From: Octopus vulgaris
Taxonomy: Eukaryota
NCBI GenBank assembly: GCA_951406725.2
Contig: OX597841.1
Span: 9,486,001 to 9,550,000 of the forward strand
DNA length: 64,000 nt
Reading direction: 5' to 3'
A program made the position numbers and the translations under genes. The notes beneath the pieces are model-generated. The model made no database searches. It was not told the DNA's origin and worked only from the letters and a program-made list of their open reading frames with translations. Each line of letters starts with the position of its first letter. The stretch's first letter is position 1. Of this stretch, positions 14,314 to 29,401 are shown piece by piece.

Positions 14314-15579
14314 TGTGTGTGTGTGTGTGTGTATTTACTACACAAGAATTCACTATAAAGGAAATATCAAGTGTTGAACATTTTCAGTGAGTTGATAGAT
14401 ACAGAGAGAGGGAGATGTATGATTCTACACGCATAAATGCATATATATATATATGCGTACACACATAAATGAGTGTATGTAGAAGAGGTATGCATACACA
14501 TGTGTGTATATATATACAAATATAAATATTATTGAAAATAATTTTATTGCTCAGCAAGAATAAAGCACCATAAAAGGTAGAATTATAAATATAGAAAGCA
14601 GGCGTACACGAAGTACGATCATTGCTAGAAATAGCAGCCGGTAAGCTATTGGCGATATGTAGAGCATCACTGAATGTTTACAGGCAGAGCCGCTAAGTTA
14701 TGGGGATATAAACAAACCAACATCGGCTATCAAGCGCTGGTCGGCGGACAAACACAGACACACACACAAATATAAACGTGTGTGTGTGTGTCTGAGTTTG
14801 TCCACTCATCAGTGCTTGAGAACAGGAGTCGGTGTATTGATGTCTGCATAACTCAGCGGTTCGGCAAAGCAACTGATAGAATACTTACCTGGGGAGGGGG
14901 GGATTGTTTGAGGAAAACGCTTCAAGGTGAAGCCCCAGCATGGCCGCAGTCAAATGACTGAAACAAGTAAAAGAATAAAAGAATACATGTGTATATCTGT
15001 ATAGATTGCTTCCCAACTGTGTGGTTCTGGGTTCAATCCCACTGCATGGCACCTTGGGTAAGTGTCTTGTACCATAGCCTCGGGCCAACCAAAGCCTTCT
15101 GAGTGGATTTGGTAGACGGAATTTGAACTCAGAATGTGAAGGCAAACGAAATACTGCTAATCATTTCTCCCGCTGTGCTAGCGATTCTGCCGGGGCAAGC
15201 TTGGAGAGTCGTGAGCAAATCGGACAAGATGCTTAGCGCCATTCCGTCCATCTTTGCGCTCTCAGTTCACATTCTGCCAAAGTTGACATTGCTTTTAATT
15301 CTTTCAGGGTCGATAAAGAAAGTAGCAGTGAGGCAGCAGGGGTCAATGAAGTCGACCTACCCCACTAAAATATATATAAATATACATATATATACTGTGA
15401 GGTATATTTGCCACCTAAATGTGGCTAACCCTTAAGGGTTGATGCTACTGTAGCTTGTAGCCCCAGGACGACATCTCCTCCAGCTGGCTATTGACACACT
15501 TTCTGTGCCCTATCAGTATTTGCAAAGGGAAGCCATTCTTCCCTTCTCCAGTCTCACATTATACACATGGACCGGAGTT

Positions 15580-15905
15580 TCAAGCAGTGTACAGAGATGC
15601 TATCAGCAAGGTGATTGTCGGCAAGGAGTACAGTGAAGAATTCAGGGTATAAGTAGGTATTCACCAAGGATCGGTTCCCAGCACCCTCTTGTTCATCATA
15701 GTTCTCCAGGCAATAACAGAGGAATGTATGACAGACTGTGCCTGGGAGCTCCTCTAAACTGATGTCTTTGCTATAATAGATGAATCACTTCCAGAACTAG
15801 AGAAAAAGTTTCAGGTATGGAAGCAAGGTCTAGAATAGAAGGGCCTTAGAGTTAACCTAGCAAAATCTTAGTAAATAGAAGTCAGACACATCATGAATCC
15901 CTTTA
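15580..15905 (+). mobile_element. RTE-type LINE reverse transcriptase remnant
   Basis: VGIHQGSVPSTLLFIIVLQAITEE (QGS motif) with in-frame stops. Confidence 0.65.
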
Positions 15906-15924
15906 GGTACATGCATATATATAT

Positions 15925-16268
15925 CTGAGAGACCCCCTTCAGTCACGACACTGACCATGGGATTGCACCTAGAAAGTTACCCTCCCAGGCACAAGTCCGG
16001 GCAAGGTTGTTTATGGAAGACCAGCAGTCGCCCATGCATACCAGCCTCCCCACTCTACACCACCAGTGTTATCCAAGGGAAAGGCAAAGGGGCCGATACA
16101 GCTTGGCACCTGTGACACTGCAACTCATTTCTAAGGCTGAGTGAACTGGAGCAACGTGAAATAAAGTGTCTTGCTCAAGAACACAACACGCAGCCCAGTC
16201 CAGGATTCGAGCTCACAACCTCACGATCGTAAGCTCAACACTCTAACCACTGAGCCATGCACCTTCAC
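15925..16268 (-). mobile_element. tRNA-derived CORE-like SINE
   Basis: Reverse strand tggctcagtggttagag...gagctcgaatcc, then gtgttcttgagcaagacactt. Confidence 0.7.
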
Positions 16269-16311
16269 ATATATACACACATACATCTATCTATATATGT
16301 ATATATGTATA

Positions 16312-16369
<58 letters not shown>

Positions 16370-17444
16370 TGTGTGTGTGTGTGTGTATATACCCACACAC
16401 ATGCACATATATATCTATCTATACATACACATATATATACCCACATATATGCATTCACATGTACACACACATACATACACATAGTTTTCTTGCACTTGTT
16501 AATCAGACACCTCTCCACGTGACACACACCACTTTAAATACCACTTCAGATATTGAAATATGTTCTTTGGAATGACTTTGTTCCCATTATGTCCTGAGTT
16601 AAGCAGTGACAATGGGGCCATCCATGCCCACCCTCGCCAACTCACTCTCTAAGCAACCTTGCAACACATGACATAATCTCCAGATAAACTGCTCTTCTCT
16701 CTTTGTTGTTTTTAGCAGATTAGATTAACAATGTTGACCAAAGTCTTCTCTTATCAGCAAAACAGAACATACACTCTCAGCTAATGAGGGGCTATGTACG
16801 TGGTAAATCAACAGACAAGAAATAGCAGCCAATTTTGCCGTTAATCACACCCTTGTCTTATATCAAAAGACCCCTTAGATAGTGCAGTTCAAAATAGATG
16901 TAAAATTTTGGGATGGTCATGGATGGAATGCTTTTGATCATGAATCCCAATCAGTGTTGGGCTGCTTCCAGTAATGGCTACTTGGTAAGAAGCTTATTTC
17001 CCAACCACACGTTGCTGGGTTCAGTCCCACGAAGTGGCACCTTGGGCAAGTGTCTTCTACTATAACCCCAATCAAACCAAATCCTCAAGAAGGGATTTCT
17101 TTGATGAAAACTAAAAAGAAGGCTGATGAGTTTTTGTCTGTTCCTTTGCACTATTTGGAAGCAGGTGTTGGTTTGTTTACGTCCATGTAACCTTGCAGTT
17201 TGGCGAACCAGAGCAATAGAATAACTGTCAGACTTTCAGTCCAAATAAGGAAATAATAATAATACTGCAGTCAATTTGATCATTTAAATAAATGAAGGCA
17301 TTGCTCCAGCATGGCCACAGACTAGTGTATGAAAAAGCAACACAGAATATATGTGTGTGTGTGTGTGCATACACATGTATATACATACATGTGTTTATAT
17401 ATATATATATACATGTGTGTGTATATATATATATATCTACACAC

Positions 17445-17509
<65 letters not shown>

Positions 17510-17886
17510 TATATTTATATATATATATACAGTAGTAGTAGTAGCAGCAGCAGCAGAAGTAGAAGAAAGAATAAAGAGACGACGAAGACGACAGAAGAGG
17601 AGAAGCGAAAAAGAGGAAATGTGAGAAGAAAGAAAAAAACCCACGGACAGAGAGAGAGAGAGAGAGAGATATTAGAGGAGTAGTAGTAAGAGGAGGAGTG
17701 GTAGTAGTAGGAGGAGGAGGAATAAGAAAGCCACAAAACGAAGAACAACTAAACAGAACTACAATAACAATAATAGTAATAATAAAGAGAAGAAAAAAAA
17801 GGAAAAAAAAGGAAGCCCTGCTGGCTTCCAACGATTCTAGTTTTGCCTCTGAGTCGGTTCCAAGCAGAGGAAATTTCACAGCAACC

Positions 17887-19718
<1,832 letters not shown>

Positions 19719-19818
19719 NNNNNNNNNNNNNNNNNNNNNNNNNNNNNNNNNNNNNNNNNNNNNNNNNNNNNNNNNNNNNNNNNNNNNNNNNNNNNNNNNN
19801 NNNNNNNNNNNNNNNNNN
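19719..19818. other. Assembly gap (100 N)
   Basis: Run of exactly 100 n. Confidence 0.99.
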
Positions 19819-22035
19819 ATCTCCGTAGGCTAATACGTTAATCTCCATAGACCTATACTTTAGTCTCTATATTAGACGCAATACTTTTATCTTCATAGGC
19901 TAATACCTTAATCTCCATAGACCTATACTTTAATCTCTGTTTTAGACGCAATAATTTTATCTTCATAGGCTAATACGTTAATCTCCATAGACCTATACTT
20001 TAATCTCTATATTAGATGCAATACTTTTATCTTCATAGGCTAATAACTTAATCTCCATAGACCTATACTTTAATCTCTATATTAGACTCGATACTTTTAT
20101 CTTCATAGGCTGATTCGTTAATCTCCATAGACCTATACTTTAATCTCTATATTAGACTCAATACTTTTATCTTCATAGGCTAATACGTTAATCTCCATAG
20201 ACCTATACTTTAATCTCTGTATTAGACTCAATACTTCTATCTTCATAGGCTAATACGTTAATCTCCATAGACCTATACTTTAATCTCTGTTTTAGACTCA
20301 ATACTTTTATCTTCATAGGCTAATACGTTAATCTCCATAGACCTATACTTTAATCTCTATATTAGACTCAATACTTTTATCTTCATAGGCTAATACGTTA
20401 ATCTCCATAAACCGTTTCTTTAATCTCTGTATTAGACTCAATACTTTTATCTTCATAGGCTAATACGTTAATCTCCATAGACCTATACTTTAATCTCTGT
20501 TTTAGACGCAATACTTTTATCTTCATAGGCTAATACGTTAATCTCCATAGACCTATACTTTAATCTCTATATTAGACTCAATACTTTTATCTTCATAGGC
20601 TAATACGTTAATCTCCATAGACCTATACTTTAATCTGTGTATTAGACTCAATACTTTTATCTTCATAGGCTAATACGTTAATCTCCATAAACCGTTACTT
20701 TAATCTGTGTATTAGACTCAATACTTTTATCTTCATATTCTAATACGTTAATCTCCATAGACCTATACTTTAATATCTGTATTAGACTCAATACTTTTAC
20801 CTTCATAGGCTAATACGTTAATCTCCATAGACCTATACTTTAATCTCTGTATTAGACTTAATACTTTAATCATCATAGGCTGATACGTTAATCTCCATAG
20901 ACCTATACTTTAATCTCTATATTAGACTCAATACTTTTATCTTCATAGGCTAATACGTTAATCTCCATAGACCTATACTTTAATCTCTGTATTAGACTCA
21001 ATACTTTTATCTTCATAGGCTAATACGTTAATCTCCATAAACCGTTTCTTTAATCTCTGTATTAGACTCAATACTTTTATCTTCATAGGCCAATACGTTA
21101 ATCTCCATAGACCTATACTTTAATCTCTGTTTTAGACGCAATACTTTTATCTTCATAGGCTAATACGTTAATCTCCCTAGACCTATAGTTTAATCTCTAT
21201 ATTAGACTCGATACTTTTATCTTCATAGGCTAATACGTTAATCTCCATAAACCGTTACTTTAATCTCTGTATTAGACTCCATACTTTTATCTTCATAGGC
21301 TGATACGTTAATCTCCATAGACCTATACTTTAATCTCTGTTTTAGACGCAATACTTTTATCTTCATAGGCTAATACGTTAATCTCCATAAACCGTTTCTT
21401 TAATCTCTGTATTAGACTCAATACTTTTATCTTCATAGGCTAATACGTTAATCTCCATAGACTATACTTTAATCTCTGTATTAGACTCAATACGTTTATC
21501 TTCATAGGCTAATACGTTAATCTCCATAGACCTATACTTTAATCTCTGTATTAGACTCAATACTTTTATCTTCATAGGCTAATACGTTAATCCCCATAAA
21601 CTGTTTCTTTAATCTCTATATTAGACTCAATACTTTTATCTTCATAGGCTAATCCGTTAATCTCCATAAACCGTTTCTTGAATCTCTGTATTAGACTTAA
21701 TACTTTTATTTTCATAGACTAATACGTTAATCTCCATAAACCGTTAGTTTAATCTCTGTATTAGACTCAATACTTTTATCTTCATAGGCTATTACGGTAA
21801 TCTCCATAAACCGTTAGTTTAATCTCTGTATTAGACTCAATCCTTTTATCTTCATAGGCTAATACGTTAATCTCCATAGACCTATACTTTAATCTCTGTA
21901 TTAGAACCAGTCATTTTATCGTTAGAGTTCTATATGTTAATCTATGTAATCCATCGTTTGGTCTCCATTGACCAATTTTTTAATCTCTGTGGAAGTAGCA
22001 ATACTTTAATCCCTATAGTTACCTCTATTTTAATC
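19819..22035. repeat. 70-bp tandem satellite, about 30 copies
   Basis: Unit taatctctgtattagactcaatacttttatcttcataggctaatacgttaatctccatagacctatactt; degenerates at the right end. Confidence 0.95.
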
Positions 22036-22596
22036 CCTGCTGCAGAAGCAAGACACCAGGTCAAGCGGGTCTTTTAAGATCCCAGCTTGCTCTGTTGTGC
22101 AAAGCTTGTGTCATTCACTCTCATTTCTTTCAGATCCTGGTTTTTCTTCGAGCCTCCATCTTGTTGTATCTGGATTTCCTCGATCCTTTAGGCGCCACTC
22201 TTGCATGACCAGGCTCATCACTTTACGCCTTTCCAGAATCCTAAAAGCGAACTGGTGTTTGTATAAACGTTGCTTAAAGGCGGCTTCGGTCGACCCGTTA
22301 TATCTCCGAACTTTAGTGTTGGCCGTTATATCAACTCTGCTGTGTCTGTCGTTGACTCCGTCTCTGATGTTGCTGCTGTTGTTGGAGTTGCTCTCATTAC
22401 AGAGCGTAGGTTCAGTAATTCCATTCTGGCCACAGTTTTGGATGTTGCTGCTGCTGTTGCTGTTGCTGTTGCGCGAACGGTCTTCGTCCCAGAGCTCGCA
22501 AGATGGGAGAAGTCCGAAACGTGGTCCTTTGCAATTCGTAAGACCTGCAGAAGAGAGAGCAGGTCAACCCCCGACACCGAGAGCATCGACGGATGG

Positions 22597-22835
22597 ATGA
22601 ATGCGCATCCAGGCTCAGCGGTTGCGTAGGAAGTTGGGGTCAAGAAACAGGAAGAAAGAGAGAGAAAGTTGGAGCGAAAGAGTACAACAGGGGTCGCCAC
22701 CACCCCCTGCCGGAACCTCGTGGAGCTTTAGGTGTTTTCGCTCAATAAACACACACAACGCCCGGTCTGTGAATCGAAACCCCGATCCTCCGACCGTGTG
22801 TCCGCTGCCCTAACCACTGGGCCATTGCGCCTCCA
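22597..22835 (-). mobile_element. tRNA-derived SINE (family C); fuller copy at 36303-36607 (+)
   Basis: Head ggaggcgcaatggcccagtggttagggcagcg...ggtttcgattc is shared by both copies. Confidence 0.8.
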
Positions 22836-23074
22836 CTGCTGCTGCTGCTGGCATTGCCATCAGTGTTGTAACTTCTGAACCTGGGACCGATAGTTCAGTT
22901 GCTGCTGCTGCTGCTGCTGGTGTAGCAGTCACCTCTGGGCGTGGTGCTGCGGTCGGTGTTGGTGATTCTACCACTTTGTGGGTTGCTGCCACCGCTGTTT
23001 CCACTTCTGTTGTTGATGGATTACCTACCACTGTTATTATTATTCTGGTTGTTAAGGCAGATTACTATCACAGC

Positions 23075-23490
23075 CTCATATCATCATCACCATTGTTCGA
23101 CCGTGGTCGAGACAATGGAATTTACCATGCTACACCAGACCTCACGGTCCATCATGGCATTACGGAGGTCCTGTTGCTGGATGCCTGTATCCCTGGAGAT
23201 TACATCAGGGTAGGAGAGAGTGCGCCCTCTGGTATTGCGAGTAGATGGCTTCCAGAGGAGAAGAGTAGAAATTACTTCTTTTTCAGCTCGGCAACAATGT
23301 CCAGCAAACTGGACTCTCCTACCTTTCACAAGAGATGACACAGGTGGTAGTTTCCCATATATTTGCATTTTGGTTGGATGACGCTTCCACAAGAGATTTT
23401 GAGCTCTCATAAGGAGGCAAGTGTAGGTTCCATCCAACCGCCTCTCAGGCTTCTTTGATAACGTCCAGGTTTCTGAGCCATATAGTAGAA
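23075..23490 (-). mobile_element. RTE-clade LINE 3' fragment with a (TGA)n tail
   Basis: LLYGSETWTLSKKPERRLDGTYTCLLMRAQN...RRVQFAGHC...AMMDREVW, then tgatgatga. Confidence 0.8.
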
Positions 23491-24339
23491 TCTCTACACC
23501 TCCAGCCTCATATACGATCCAAGCTCGGTCTCGAATTGGCCTCCCACCTGGCAGTCATTGCACACCCTTCCCTGCATCAGCACCCGGCCTTTCAAGGGTC
23601 TTCACTGAAATTTTTTTAATGTTTGGCATGTAACTAAAGGACATCTTTAGGTTGAACACATACCCATGCCTGTGTGACAACGTGAAACCCTTGTCTACCA
23701 ACCTAAAGAAAATCCTTTCCAAACAATGTTTTAAGGTTGAAATAGAAAGATCTGGCAAACCAAACGATCTTCCAGTGGCACTTTTCCTTTGCAGGTGCAA
23801 GGGCCCGAGTCTTTATTTCCAGCACACAAAAGCTGAACATCACAGTAACCTATACCACCTCCCTACGTTCCCACTACCACCTTTAACAACAACATCGCCA
23901 CCAATCAATACATCGAACACCTGCAAAATTCGATTTTCCGACACAGAATTTCGTCTTATTAGCGTGTATAAATGTAGAGGGAAAAAAAAAGAGTCACCAC
24001 AACCACCACCACCACCACCACCACCACCACCACAACCACCACCACCACCACCAAAACAAAAAGAGAAAAGAAGCAAAGTTGATAAAAGAGAAATAAATAT
24101 ACAACAACAAATAATGTATGCCCCCAGCTGCAGCCCCTTAAACATTCCCTCTCGTTCAACCCGCTGCCCACCTCCTTCAAAAACCCTATTTCAAAATCTC
24201 TACTACAGAAACCATTGAACCGTGACAACGCTTTAATTACGAGGTCGCATCATCGCGATGCCAAAAAATATCATTCCTCTAATTTTCTTTGATATTTTTT
24301 AATTTTCTAAATTCTAAATTATTTTTCTCCTGTTTCTCA

Positions 24340-24360
24340 TATATATATATATGTATAAAC

Positions 24361-24401
<41 letters not shown>

Positions 24402-24486
24402 CATACATACATATACACACACATATATATACATATATATATACACACACACACATATATATATATACACACACACATATATATAT

Positions 24487-24549
<63 letters not shown>

Positions 24550-24608
24550 TATATATATATACACACACACACGCACATATATATATATACACACACACAT
24601 ATATATAT

Positions 24609-24653
<45 letters not shown>

Positions 24654-24670
24654 CACACACATATATATAT

Positions 24671-24704
<34 letters not shown>

Positions 24705-24850
24705 ATATATACACACACACATATATATATACACACACACACACAAACACACACACATATATATATATACACACACACACACACATATATATACACACAC
24801 ACACAAACACACACACGCACATATATATATACACACACACACATATATAT

Positions 24851-24945
<95 letters not shown>

Positions 24946-24950
24946 CATAT
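24340..24950. repeat. Compound (CA)n(TA)n microsatellite
   Basis: Alternating CA and TA blocks with recurring aaac. Confidence 0.95.
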
Positions 24951-25294
24951 CTTTTTGGCTTCAAAATTTTATTCTGTTCCTTCTCAAAATTTCTTCTTTC
25001 CAATTTCCTTTCGCGTCGTTCCGTTGCCTTCTTCCCCCTTCTTCCCCTTCTTCCCCTTCTTCCCCTTTCTTCCCCCTTCTTCCCCTTCTTCCCCTTCTTC
25101 CCCCTTCTCCCCCTTCTTCTCGGTTTTAATCAAACTTTGTTAGTTTTAGTAATTATTTCTTAAATTACATTTGAAGGTGCCTTCCACTTCCTCTTCTCTC
25201 TACACACAAGCACACACACACACACAAACATACATACATATATACATACACACACACACACACACATACATACATACATACATACATACATACA

Positions 25295-25383
<89 letters not shown>

Positions 25384-25587
25384 CTGTTTCGTATACATTC
25401 GATCCTTTTTCCAAGAAATCTAATGCTCGTAGCTTAGTTTTTCCTTGGGGCTGGCCGGATCGGAGCGATCTCAAGATTAATCCGCCGAAATTGCGAGGAT
25501 GATCCGGTTCTTGACTGAAGATTAGAGGCTTTGAATGTTTTGCGTTCTTGTCCCATTTTGTAGTTTTATATATATTTTTTATACATA

Positions 25588-25993
25588 GGCGCAGGAGTGG
25601 CTGTGTGGTAAGTAGCTTGCTAATCAACCACATGGTTCCGGGTTCAGTCCCAATGCGTGGCATCTTGGGCAAGTGTCTTCTGCTATAGCCTCGGGCCGAC
25701 CAATGCCTTGTGAGTGGATTTGGTAGACGGAAACTGAAAGAAGCCTGTCGTATATATGTATATATATATATATGTGTATGTTTGTGTCTGTGTTTGTCTC
25801 CCTAGCATTGCTTGACAACCGATGCTGGTGTGTTTACGTCCCCGTAACTTAGCGGTTCGGCAAAAGAAGCTGATAGAATAAGTACTGGGCTTACAAAGAA
25901 TAAGTCCCGGGGTCGATTTGCTCGACTAAAGGCGGTGCCCCAGAATGGCCGCAGTCAAATGACTGAAACAAGTAAAAGAGTAAAAGAGAAAGA

Positions 25994-25995
<2 letters not shown>
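25588..25995 (+). mobile_element. Full-length composite SINE, family A (other copies include 30689-31116 -, 33029-33385 +, 51061-51470 +)
   Basis: ggcgcaggagtggctgtgtggtaag head, B-box-like ggttcagtccc, internal (TA)n/(TG)n, tail gtaaaagagtaaaagag. Confidence 0.85.
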
Positions 25996-26027
<32 letters not shown>

Positions 26028-26029
26028 TT

Positions 26030-27206
26030 TATTCGTTTCAATCATTCGTAACAAGTCGAAGAGTTGTGAAAGTCGAAGTCGGATCCCGGCCAGTTTTAGC
26101 GTTTTTAGTTTGGCCATCAAGGTGTTGAGTTTTTCCAACAATTCCTTTGTGGGGTTTAAGAAAATCCACGACAGCGAGGTTGAAGCGGTGAGATGCACAT
26201 CCAACTAATGGCAGATTGCATATTCTCGCCAAGACCTTATTCACTTCGGCATTTGCAAATGTCAAATTATAAATGCTTAAAATATATTCCAGCAAATCAT
26301 AATGGTCACTCACTGTGAATGAAGTTTCTTTTAGCAGCGGAGGGAATGCCAATAGAACAGTTTCTTATCCATTCTCATTCGATGAGTCGAAGGATGCAAA
26401 GACACCAAGGAAATATGAGTTGACGTTTTCGACCATCCGTCAAAAATAAGGGCGAATTGGGAAGGTAGAATATTAGCAAACTTTTTCTCCACTTCCTTCG
26501 TCACCAACTCCATATATTTCTTCAATGTGCTTTTAGAAATGGGTTGGAGGCGTGACAAGCGGCGGGTAACATCATCTGTGACAAAGCTGAAGGGCTGCAG
26601 GCAAACACATATCCAATAAAGCCAGTCGTACACATTAGATCCCTTTTTCGTGATCCGTGTCGAGGTGACGAACTGGTCAATTGAGGACTGTGGCTGGAGA
26701 TGACTTTTATAGTCTGGATGTTGACTCTTAATATAGCTGAAAGGATTTGTCCAGCAAGAGTTTTTCCGTCTGATTAGCTCTTTCCACACTTGCAACGCCA
26801 TTTGCCGTTGGAAGGGTCAACTTCAGTGAAGAATAACTTGACAATCTTTTGGGAATCCATGGACACAGTTGTGATCAGTACGGGTAAATACGTCGAGTGG
26901 GTGCGAGAACGGCCAAGCTCAATTGTCTTCTGAGCCAATCAACGAGCTACCGCGTGATCACATGTGTTCACACAATACGCGTGCATGTGACCTTGTGACC
27001 TTGTGCATGCGACCTTGAGGCTTAAGGTTTAGTGGATGCGTGGGCGCATAGAGAATTGGTCAGTCCTCACACGCTTGCAATGCAACGTAAAATTTAATTG
27101 CAATTAATAGCAATCTACGCAATAAATTATTGCAGCTGAAAAGATCTTAGCAGTAAATTCATTTATTGCAATTAATTTTCAACCAATTAATTTTTGACAA
27201 CCCCTG
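26030..27206 (-). mobile_element. hAT-type DNA transposon, 3'-truncated, with BED-finger transposase remnant
   Basis: End caggggttgtcaaaa at 27206. ATG at 26860 gives MDSQKIVKLFFTEVDPSNGKWRCKCGK, then FALIFDGWSKTSTH and GCASHRFNLAV; frameshifted. Confidence 0.75.
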
Positions 27207-27306
27207 CCCGGAACCATGTGGTTGGTAAGCAAGCTACTTACCACACAGCCACTCCTGCGCCTATGAACCACTCCTATATATTAAATGATTGATACGGAAG
27301 AAGGAG

Positions 27307-27700
27307 TTTAATTAGAATATTTATTTAGTACAACATTCGTTTTAGCTGCCTTCTGCACCGTTTTTTAATGAGTGGAGACCGATGAAATGACATCAGATGC
27401 ATCGCACAGGGTACGGAGCCTGATCAGGTGATGTGATATGCCTCAAAAGTTATAAGAGTTCGTTTCAAGCCACATGCAGCTGGTATTATGTGTGAACAAC
27501 AAGCAACACAACGTAATACTACCAGCATCTAACTTGAAGTGAAATATAAATCTTATCATTTTTGAAGTATACTACGTCACCTGATGAGGTTCGTTTGCAC
27601 TGCATGATGCAGCTGATAGCATTACATCATTCCCCACCCACTAGGGAACAGTGCAGAAGGCAGCCGAAACGATTGTTGTGCTAAATGAAACTTCTAGTTA
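27307..27700. repeat. Diverged palindrome, arms of about 190 bp
   Basis: tttagtacaacattcgttttagctgccttctgcacc is the inverted counterpart of agtgcagaaggcagccgaaacgattgttgtgctaaa. Similarity continues to the centre near 27500. Confidence 0.85.
27578..27680 (+). ncRNA. Type I hammerhead ribozyme motif with extended stem II
   Basis: cac-CTGATGA-ggtt..tttgcactg[...]cagtgcaga..agcc-GAAAC-gatt-GTT-gtg. A decayed antisense-strand twin lies in the left arm. Confidence 0.7.
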
Positions 27701-28114
27701 CAACCCGTCTGTCGTATCAGCCATTTGCAATATACTCAAAGTGCAACTAAAAATTCTGTACGTAGATCCAGCGACGAAAGCGCAGCATCGCAGATTATGC
27801 CCGGAAAGCACAAGTGGTGAACGTGCTCTGCAGACACATTTCCTGGGAATTACCGACTCAGCCGGTAACAAGATTTGAATACTGCATTTCAATGTCTCCT
27901 TATCTAAAACCTTAACTTTGATTTTAATTTTAACTTAGGTTAGCATTAATCTTCAATGATTACTTAGGATAGTTTCTGCTCCAACGCCATTTTTGACGCC
28001 ATTGCACGCAAAATTTGCCGGTGAAAGTTTATGTAACATTTGCGGTTTTAAACATTAGAGCTACTCTGTATCAGACTCGCAACAAATAAAACGGAAATTG
28101 AAAGAAGTCAATTT

Positions 28115-28145
<31 letters not shown>

Positions 28146-28538
28146 TCGTATACTTTTTCCCATTATTAAAACTGAAAGAAAATGACAAAAATCCTCTGCT
28201 CTGAGTTTCACAGTCTCGCTCGTCGGACAGTTGAGATGATTCCATTCTTGATCGCAGCTGCCCGACGAACTCTGAGTAGCGGTTTTTTTGTGTGATGTTC
28301 TTGCAGCTTTAATAACGAGAGAAAGCATATTACTCTACCTCTGGTATTCGAGTACTATTTGTGTGTAAGTGTAATTTAAATAAGCAGAAAATGGAGAACA
28401 TTTTGATCAACAAATAAACAAATTGACCAACATCTGTTAATTATTTTTTTAATACAAAACATAACATAACATTACAAATATATATACATATACATACATA
28501 CACACACACACACACGCACACACACACACACACACACA

Positions 28539-28576
<38 letters not shown>

Positions 28577-28715
28577 CAAAACAATTTAGATTCAAAAGAA
28601 TATGGTACTTAACTTAGATGCACCAAAATTTTTTTATGGTATTAACCATAAAATTATGTGATTATAATTATAGGTGATTATAATCAAAAATAAGCAACAA
28701 GAATGGATCCGGTAA

Positions 28716-28802
28716 TTTAGTACAATTGTTTCATACTATAAACATTTTATTTTAAGCTGCAAATATTACAGCAAATATAATGTCAAGTATTCTTCAGCTA
28801 AA
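28716..28802 (-). ncRNA. Type I hammerhead ribozyme motif (left arm)
   Basis: Reverse-complement counterpart of 29217-29303 with an intact core. Confidence 0.75.
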
Positions 28803-29216
28803 TATCCTATAGGTTTTGCAAACATTCTAGAGAGTGTAAATATCCTTATGAAGTTATAGGAGTGAGTTCCATGAATTTGAAGTAAGATTCCAAGCAGACT
28901 ATATATGTTTTCCAACAATACAAAGTTTTTAAAATGATTATTGACATCCCAGAGAAGATAAATTTACTCATAAAGATGTGGATATAAGTTCCAAGAGACA
29001 TGAGGATAGATGCCGGTCAGACCACTGGAATTTATATCCGCATCTTTATGAGTAGATTTATCTTCTCCGGGATGTCAATAATCATTTTAAAAACTTTGTA
29101 TTGTTGGAAAACATATATAGTCTGCTTGGAATCTTACTTCAAATTCATGGAACTCACTCCTATAACTTCATAAGGATATTTACACTCTCTAGAATGTTTG
29201 CAAAACCTATAGGATA

Positions 29217-29303
29217 TTTAGCTGAAGAATACTTGACATTATATTTGCTGTAATATTTGCAGCTTTAAATAAAATGTTTATAGTATGAAACAATTGTACT
29301 AAA
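29217..29303 (+). ncRNA. Type I hammerhead ribozyme motif (right arm)
   Basis: tttag-CTGAAGA-atact[long hairpin]agtat-GAAAC-aatt-GTA-ctaaa. Palindromic loop 3; predicted cleavage after 29298. Confidence 0.8.
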
Positions 29304-29335
29304 CTACCGATCCATTCTTATTGCTTTTTTCTTGG

Positions 29336-29399
<64 letters not shown>

Positions 29400-29401
<2 letters not shown>

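Larger units (their letters stand above)
22075..23800 (-). mobile_element. Decayed Penelope-like retroelement (RT C-terminus, low-complexity linker, GIY-YIG endonuclease), interrupted by a SINE and an RTE LINE
   Basis: 23600-23800 encodes IFFRLVDKGFTLSHRHGYVFNLKMSFSYMPNIKKI. 22080-22320 encodes RYNGSTEAAFKQRLYKHQFAFR...EWRLKDRG...W and HKLCTTE. Confidence 0.7.
28679..29340. repeat. Near-perfect palindrome, arms of about 315 bp with a 32-nt loop, between (TA)n tracts
   Basis: 28679-28993 is the reverse complement of 29026-29340 with few mismatches. Confidence 0.95.

Noticed and set aside
19819-22035. CRISPR-like or coding repeat
   Set aside because: No unique spacers, eukaryotic context, unit length not a multiple of 3, and many stops.
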